Positions 57,914 to 64,000 of a stretch of 64,000 nucleotides of DNA are shown piece after piece (position 1 is the stretch's first letter; each line of letters starts with the position of its first letter). Both the position numbers and the translations under genes were made by a program. A model generated the notes under the pieces. The model worked only from the letters and a program-made list of their open reading frames with translations. It did no database searches and was not told the DNA's origin. This DNA comes from Chlorokybus atmophyticus (lineage: Eukaryota > Plantae > Mesostigma and Chlorokybus algae): contig RHPI01001553.1 in the NCBI GenBank assembly GCA_009103225.1, forward strand, positions 45,047 through 109,046, written 5' to 3'.

Positions 57914-60900
57914 TGTCAAAGGACTAGCATGCACATGTAGTTGAGGCAAGCATAGACACACAGAGACAGAGCTACCGCCACCAGAGCATACACAAGTCAC
58001 ATCGCATTTATCTATTACAAGTTGTCCGCTGGTTCTTATACCAGCCAATTACACACACGTCTACGTTTGCAAGCAGTGCGTAAGCTATACTCAGCCTTTT
58101 TATGCGCTCTAAGCTGCGTTGTCTTCCTTACAACCAGAGCTCTCCAACAAAATTTACGCCTACACGCCTAATATGAGTAAGTATACGCGGAGATACGAAG
58201 CAGTTAGTAAAGCTCCAGTGTGGAGTCCGGAGTCTGGTCCGACGACGCCATCTTGCTAAGTCCGGACCTAGTGCTCGTTCTTACAACCTTCTACTCCTGT
58301 GTGGAGGGTCGATGTTGATCGTATGTAGGAATGACTCTCAACACTATCACGCGAGCAGCTTGACCTCCAACGCTTGCTTCTGTAGTCAAATACAGATGCC
58401 AAGTCTTGCGCAACAAGTCTTGAACTTGAGCTGTGACAATGGCTTTGTCATGAAGTCCGCCAGCATGCCCTCGGTGTTGCAGTACTGGAACTAACCACCT
58501 CCTTCCTTGTGACTCTGTCACGCACAAAGTGATGCATGACATTAATGTGCTTCGTCCTTGCCGAGGCCATAGGGTGCTTCAACAACTTGATGGCTCCTTG
58601 GTTGTCACAGTTGATGACGATGCACGCCATGAGGTGCTCCAAGTCTGCCATGAGCTTACGAAGCCAGTGCCTCCTTCACTGCTGCTGCCGCTGCCATGTA
58701 CTCAGCCTCTGATGTAGATGTTGCTGCTGTTGGCTGCAGCCTGCTGTTTCAGCTCGCCACGCCTCCGTTCAGCTTGAAAACGTAGCCTGTAGTGGACCTC
58801 CTGCTGTTGAGGTCACCAGCAAAGTCCAAGTCGCAGTAGCCCTCCAATTCAGTGCTCCCGCTCCCAAACTTGATGCCAATTGTTGCGCTCCCAGAAATAT
58901 AGCGTAGTACTCCCTTTGCTGCTCTCCAGACCTCCATGCTCGGTGCAAACATGTAGCGAGCAAGTACTCCCACAGCATGTGCAACATCGGGACGTGTGCA
59001 CATTGCCGGATAGAGCATGCTGCCTACCAGCTCACCATATGGATACTGAGCCTTGTCGAGTACCTCCTCATCCTTTGCCTTGATAAGGGCAGTGCCAAGT
59101 GCCAGCGGTGTGGTCTTGGTCTTTGCATCAGTGAGCCCGGACTTGGTGACGAGTCTTCTCACCATCTGCTTCTGACTGATCTTGATTGTGCGAGCAGCCC
59201 TGTCGCGCTCAATCACCATGCCAAGGAACCACTTGGCCTCTTCAAAATCACGAACTGAGAATGCTTGCTGTATTGCAAGTTTCGTCTCCTGCAGGTGGTG
59301 CACCTGCCTGGCGGTGATGAGAATATCATCCACATACACGAGCAGCTAGACCTTGTTGTCTACATGAAAGAAGAGCCAAGGGTCTGCAGAGGATGCGGTG
59401 AAGCCAAGTGCCTCTATCTTCTTGGTGAGCTTCATGTGCCACATACGCGGTGCCCGTCGCAGCCCGTAAAGTGCCTTGATCAGCTTGCACGCTGTGCCTC
59501 ACTCCCCCTCTTCATATCCAGGTGGTTGCTCGATAAAGATCTCCTCCTCCAGCTCTTCGTAAAGGAAGGCAGCCTTCACGTTAAGGTGATGCAGCTTTAC
59601 GTCCTCAGCAGCAACCACAGCTAGCAGTGCACGGAAGGTGGTATGCTTACTTGCAGGTGCAAACACTTCATTGAAGTCCACACCTTCCTGCTGCAAAATC
59701 CCTTTGCCACCAGTCTTGCCTTGTAGCGCTCAATGTTGCCCTGACCATCACGCTTAACCTTGAAGACCCATTTCACTGGAATGGTCTCCACTCCTTCCGG
59801 TAACTGCTCCAGTGACCAAGTGTTGTTGGCATGGAGTGACACAATCTCCTTGTCCATAGCACGCTGCCATTGCTCTGCATCTGGTGCTAACAATGCCTCC
59901 TCGTAGGTGCTTGGCTCCTCATTGTGCACATTGGCGACGTGTGCCTTGTGTAAGAAGTCAGGTGCCTTTCTCTCCCTTACTGGGTATCTCCGAGCTGCGT
60001 GCTCCTGCTGCACGTGCGGCTGCTCTTGGCCTGCTACAGCCGAGTCCCGCTCACCCTGATTGTTGATGATGGCCTTGCCTGTAGCCTCCACTGTCTCAGG
60101 ATGCTCCTTTGGCCGTGCTTCATCTTTAGGAAAGAAGCGTGCTTCTGGTTGTGACAATCCCTTGTGGAAAACCACCTCTCTGCTGACGATGATCTTCTGA
60201 GTGTCCTCGAGCAAGATCCTGTAAGCCTTGGAACCCGGTTCATAGCCAACGAAGATGCCCTTCTTGCTGACCGGCTTTAGCTTGTGCCTGAGCTGTGTAG
60301 GCACTAGTGCATATGCCGTGCATCCAAACACACGCATACCACTCACAACTCGTGCGGCTCCATAAGAAGTGCTCCCACGGAGTCTTCTGCTCTGAGCTCA
60401 CTGGAGACCTGTTGCGGATGTAGTTGGCAGTGAGTACCGCCTCCTGCCACATACTGTCTTCCATCTTTGTGTCATTGAGCATGGCTCGAACACGCTCCAA
60501 GAGTGTTCTGTTGAGGCGTTCAGCAGCTCCATTCTGCTACGGGGTGTAGGGTGCCGTTGTCTCGTGGCGCATGCCCTTGCTAACGAAGAACTCTTTCAAC
60601 TTCTTGTTGATGTACTCCCCTCCTCGATCACTCCACATTGCCTTCATCTTGTTGCCAGCCTGGGTCTCCAACTAGGTCTCAATTGTGCGCACAGCTGCAG
60701 CAATTTCTGCCTTCCGTGTCAGCGGAAAGATGACGGATAGCTTGCTGTAGTTGTCGAGGAATGTAGCAAAGTACATGACCCCTCCCTTCGCCACAATGCG
60801 CATAGGGCCACAGACCCTGCCACAGCAGACCCATGTGCACAAGCTCGCAAGGATGCTGGCTGCTAGATGGGGATGATGCGAATGGCGTAGCATGCTGCTT

Positions 60901-61153
60901 TGCAAGCAAGCATGGTTCACAAAGTGCACGTGATGCATTCTTGAGTTCCTCTGTGCTGAGATGGATGCCGTTGACCATCTTCTCAGCGAAAAGGCGAGTG
61001 AGGTTGACGTAGCTGAGATACCTGAACCATCGATGCCACAATGTTGGCGACTCCTTGTCCTTCACCACCATGGCGTGAATGTCAATGTCCTGAGGGTGCT
61101 GCTCCACGTGGTAGAGCCCTCTCGGATCAGCGATTCCAACCATGTGCACGACC
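57914..61153 (-). mobile_element. Ty1/Copia element B (same family as A), 3' part, inverted relative to A
   Basis: 3' LTR 57914-58343 matches the A LTRs. Decayed integrase-RT-RNase H at 58386-61153 is near-identical to A 48150-50870. Interrupted at 61153 by Copia C. Confidence 0.95.
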
Positions 61154-64000
61154 TGTTGAGAAGCAAGCATGCAAGTGAAGAGGGCAAGCAATGACACACA
61201 GGAGAAGGCAACACACTTCCCGATTTATTACCAACAAACCGCGGGGTTATATACCCGCCAGTCAGTACACAGTTTGTACACACTGCTGGTCTACACGCAA
61301 CAGCGTCCGATCTACTGAACCGAATTCTACGCTGTAAGATGTGCCACGTAGCTAACTTGATAAGCTTTCCAACAAGCTATGCCACGTCCCAAATGACTGA
61401 GTATTCTAGGAGATATGACGATTCTCCTAGGACCCTTCTCTGCAGTCCGCGCCAGGACCTTTATGTCCGGAGTCTTCGAGGTCCTCCCATCGAGGTCCCT
61501 TCTCTTCTCTCTTGTATGCAAGGCAGGCTGACCGGATGTAGGAATATCTTCAACACTCCCACGCGGGCAGCTTGGCCTCCAACGCTTGGTCTTCTTTCAC
61601 CTAAGCACATATGCCGAGTCCCTTGCAACATGCCTTGAACTTCAGCGGTGACAGTGGCTTCGTCATGAAGTCCGCGAGCATGTCTTCCGTATTGCAATAT
61701 TGGAACTCAACCTCCTTGCGTGTGACTCTGTCTCGCACAAAGTGATGCATGACATCAATGTGCTTTGTCCTTGTCGAGGCAATGGGGTGCTTCAGCAATT
61801 TGATGGCGCCTTGGTTGTCGCAGTTGATCGTGATACACGCCATCGGGTGCTCTAGATCTGCCATCAGCTTGCGAAGCCATAACGCCTCCTTCACTGCAGC
61901 CGATGCTGCCATGTACTCCGCTTCCGAAGTAGATGCTGCTGTTGTAGGTTGCAGCCTACTGTTCCAGCTCACCACGCCTCCATTCAACTTGAAGACGTAC
62001 GCCGTGGTGGACCTCCTGCTATCGAGGTCACCTGCAAAGTCTGCGTCGCAATAGCCCTCCATCTCTGTGCTTCCGCAACCAAACTTGATGCCAACACTTG
62101 CGCTTCCAGCCACGTAGCGCAATACTCCCTTCGCTGCACGCCAGTGCTCCATGCTTGGTGCAGACATGTAGCGCGCAAGCACTCCAACTGCATGTGCGAT
62201 GTCGGGTCTTGTGCACACTGCTAGGTAGAGCATACTCCCAACAAGCTCACCATAGGGATACTGAGCCTTGTCGAGTACTTCCTCATCTTTCGCTTTGACG
62301 AGGTTGGTGCCGCGTGCCAATGGAGTAGACTTGGTCTTTGCTTCGTTGAGTCCGAACTTGGTGACAAGTTGCTTCACCATCTGCTCTTTGCTGATCTTGA
62401 TTGTGCGTGCTGCTCGGTCACGCTCTATCACCATGCCAAGAAATAACTTGACCTCTCCAAGGTCGCGTACTGCGAATGCTTGCTGCAATCCGTGCTTCGT
62501 TTGCTTCAGGTCTTCAACTTGCTTGGCCGTGACGATGATGTCGTCCACATACACGAGCAAGTAAACCTTCTTCTCTTCATGGATGAAGAGCCCCGGATCC
62601 GCTGAGGATGCTTTGTAGCCGAGTTTCTCCAACTCTTTCGTGAGGCGAATGTGCCACACACGTGGTGCTTGTCGCAGCCCATACAAAGCCTTGATCAACT
62701 TGCAAGCCATGCCTGGCTCCCCTTCTGCGTAGCCTGGTGGTTGCTTGGTGTAGATCTCTTCCTCCAGCTCTCCGTAAAGGAAAGCAGTCTTCACATCAAG
62801 GTGGTGACACTCGAGGTCTTCAGCAGCAACCATGGCGATCAATGTGCGGAAGGTTGCATGCTTACTTGCAGGTGCAAACACTTCATTGAAATCCACACCT
62901 TCTTGTTGCAAAAATCCCTTTGCCACCAACCTTGCCTTGTAGCGCTCGATGTTGCCTTGACCATCACGCTTCACCTTGAACACCCACTTGACCGGAATGG
63001 GCTTCACACCTTGCGGGGGCTTCTCCAACACCCATGTGTTGTTGGCATGGAGTGATGCAATCTCATCATCCATAGCTCGCTGCCATTGTTCTGCATCTGG
63101 TGCTCGCAATGCCTCCTCGTAGGTGCTTGGTTCTTCACTCTCGTCATTGTGCACACTAGCGATGTGTGCCTTGTAGAAGTCAGGTGCTTGTCTTTCCCTC
63201 ACTGGGTAGCGTCGAGCTTGCTCCTGCTGCTTCTGCTTCTCGCCTGCTACAGATGAGCCCTGCTCTTTATTAATGACTGATGCCTCGCCTTCAACCTCTT
63301 CTCTGCTTGAAAGCTCTTCAGGTTGTGCTTTGTCATTTTCATCTTGAGGGTAGAAACCTTCTTCAGCTTCAACTTGTGATGAGCCTTCGTGGAACACGAC
63401 TTCTCTACTCACCACAATCTTGCGCGTGTCCTCCAGTAGAACCTTGTACGCCTTTGAGCCTGATTCGTAGCCAACGAAGATGCCCTTCTTGCTGACCGGC
63501 TCCAACTTGTGTCGCAATTGACTTGGCACAAGTGCATATGCCACACATCCGAACACACGCATGCCACTCACATCTGGCGCTTCACCGTAAAAGAGCTCCC
63601 ACGGAGTCTTTTGCTCAGAGCTTATCGGTGAACGGTTGCGGATGTAGTTGGCAGTGAGAACGGCCTCTTTCCACAGACTGTCCTCCAACTTGGTGTCATT
63701 GAGCATGGCTCGAACACGCTCCAACAACGTTCGGTTGAGACGTTCAGCTGCTCCATTCTGCTGCGGAGTGTATGGTGCTGTTGTCTCATGCCGTATGCCT
63801 TTGCTGGCGAAGAACTCTTTGAGCTGGGCGTTGATGTACTCCCCTCCTCGATCACTTCTCATTGCTTTCATCTTCAGACAGGCAGGCTTCCTTGCTCCCA
63901 GTAATGCCCTTCACTATGTTTTCAGCGACCAGGCGTGTGAGGTTGCTGTAGCCCAAATGCCCGAACCTTCGATGCCAAAGCTCAGCCGTCTCCTTCTCCT
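61154..64000 (-). mobile_element. Ty1/Copia element C nested in B, runs off the window
   Basis: 3' LTR 61154-61555 (TG...CA). The insertion point falls inside B coding sequence (GVVHM). Confidence 0.92.
61601..63871 (-). CDS. Copia C pol: integrase C-half, RT and RNase H in one open frame
   Basis: RSDRGGEY, PYTPQQNGAAER, YKARLVAKG, LYGLRQAPR, YVDDII, YCDADF, CDNQGA, KHIDV. An upstream deletion near 63880 removes the first integrase Asp. Confidence 0.95.
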   Translation of the reverse strand: MKAMRSDRGGEYINAQLKEFFASKGIRHETTAPYTPQQNGAAERLNRTLLERVRAMLNDTKLEDSLWKEAVLTANYIRNRSPISSEQKTPWELFYGEAPDVSGMRVFGCVAYALVPSQLRHKLEPVSKKGIFVGYESGSKAYKVLLEDTRKIVVSREVVFHEGSSQVEAEEGFYPQDENDKAQPEELSSREEVEGEASVINKEQGSSVAGEKQKQQEQARRYPVRERQAPDFYKAHIASVHNDESEEPSTYEEALRAPDAEQWQRAMDDEIASLHANNTWVLEKPPQGVKPIPVKWVFKVKRDGQGNIERYKARLVAKGFLQQEGVDFNEVFAPASKHATFRTLIAMVAAEDLECHHLDVKTAFLYGELEEEIYTKQPPGYAEGEPGMACKLIKALYGLRQAPRVWHIRLTKELEKLGYKASSADPGLFIHEEKKVYLLVYVDDIIVTAKQVEDLKQTKHGLQQAFAVRDLGEVKLFLGMVIERDRAARTIKISKEQMVKQLVTKFGLNEAKTKSTPLARGTNLVKAKDEEVLDKAQYPYGELVGSMLYLAVCTRPDIAHAVGVLARYMSAPSMEHWRAAKGVLRYVAGSASVGIKFGCGSTEMEGYCDADFAGDLDSRRSTTAYVFKLNGGVVSWNSRLQPTTAASTSEAEYMAASAAVKEALWLRKLMADLEHPMACITINCDNQGAIKLLKHPIASTRTKHIDVMHHFVRDRVTRKEVEFQYCNTEDMLADFMTKPLSPLKFKACCKGLGICA

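Noticed and set aside
61601-63871. Copia C as an autonomous, active element
   Set aside because: An internal deletion near 63880 removes part of the integrase core, including the first catalytic Asp.

Overview
Eukaryotic, fairly GC-rich, intron-containing and transposon-dense DNA from a short-read-type scaffold (378-nt N gap at 31790-32167, three single Ns). The gene and TE content fits a green-lineage, possibly streptophyte, alga, but that is inference only. About 60% of the window is mobile DNA. It includes the 3' half of a Ty3/Gypsy element whose integrase ends in a PHD finger, a truncated pogo/Tigger transposon, a 312-bp hAT MITE, and a young full-length chromovirus (16869-22917). It also includes a LINE ORF1 remnant, a CACTA transposase remnant and three nested Ty1/Copia elements. 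A decayed Ty3/Gypsy element inside a Copia LTR carries a C5 cytosine DNA methyltransferase domain within pol (gag - Zn knuckles - protease - DNMT - deleted RT). The host-like genes resemble an innate-immunity cluster: a TIR ... LRR gene with no detectable nucleotide-binding domain, a TIR-NB-ARC(STAND)-TPR gene and a TPR remnant of a second paralogue. Between them lie two paralogous, intronless, N-terminally membrane-anchored small proteins of bacterial-like (DUF4760-like) design. The 5-9 kb region holds unexplained clusters of long perfect palindromes. All annotation is by eye; no searches were run.
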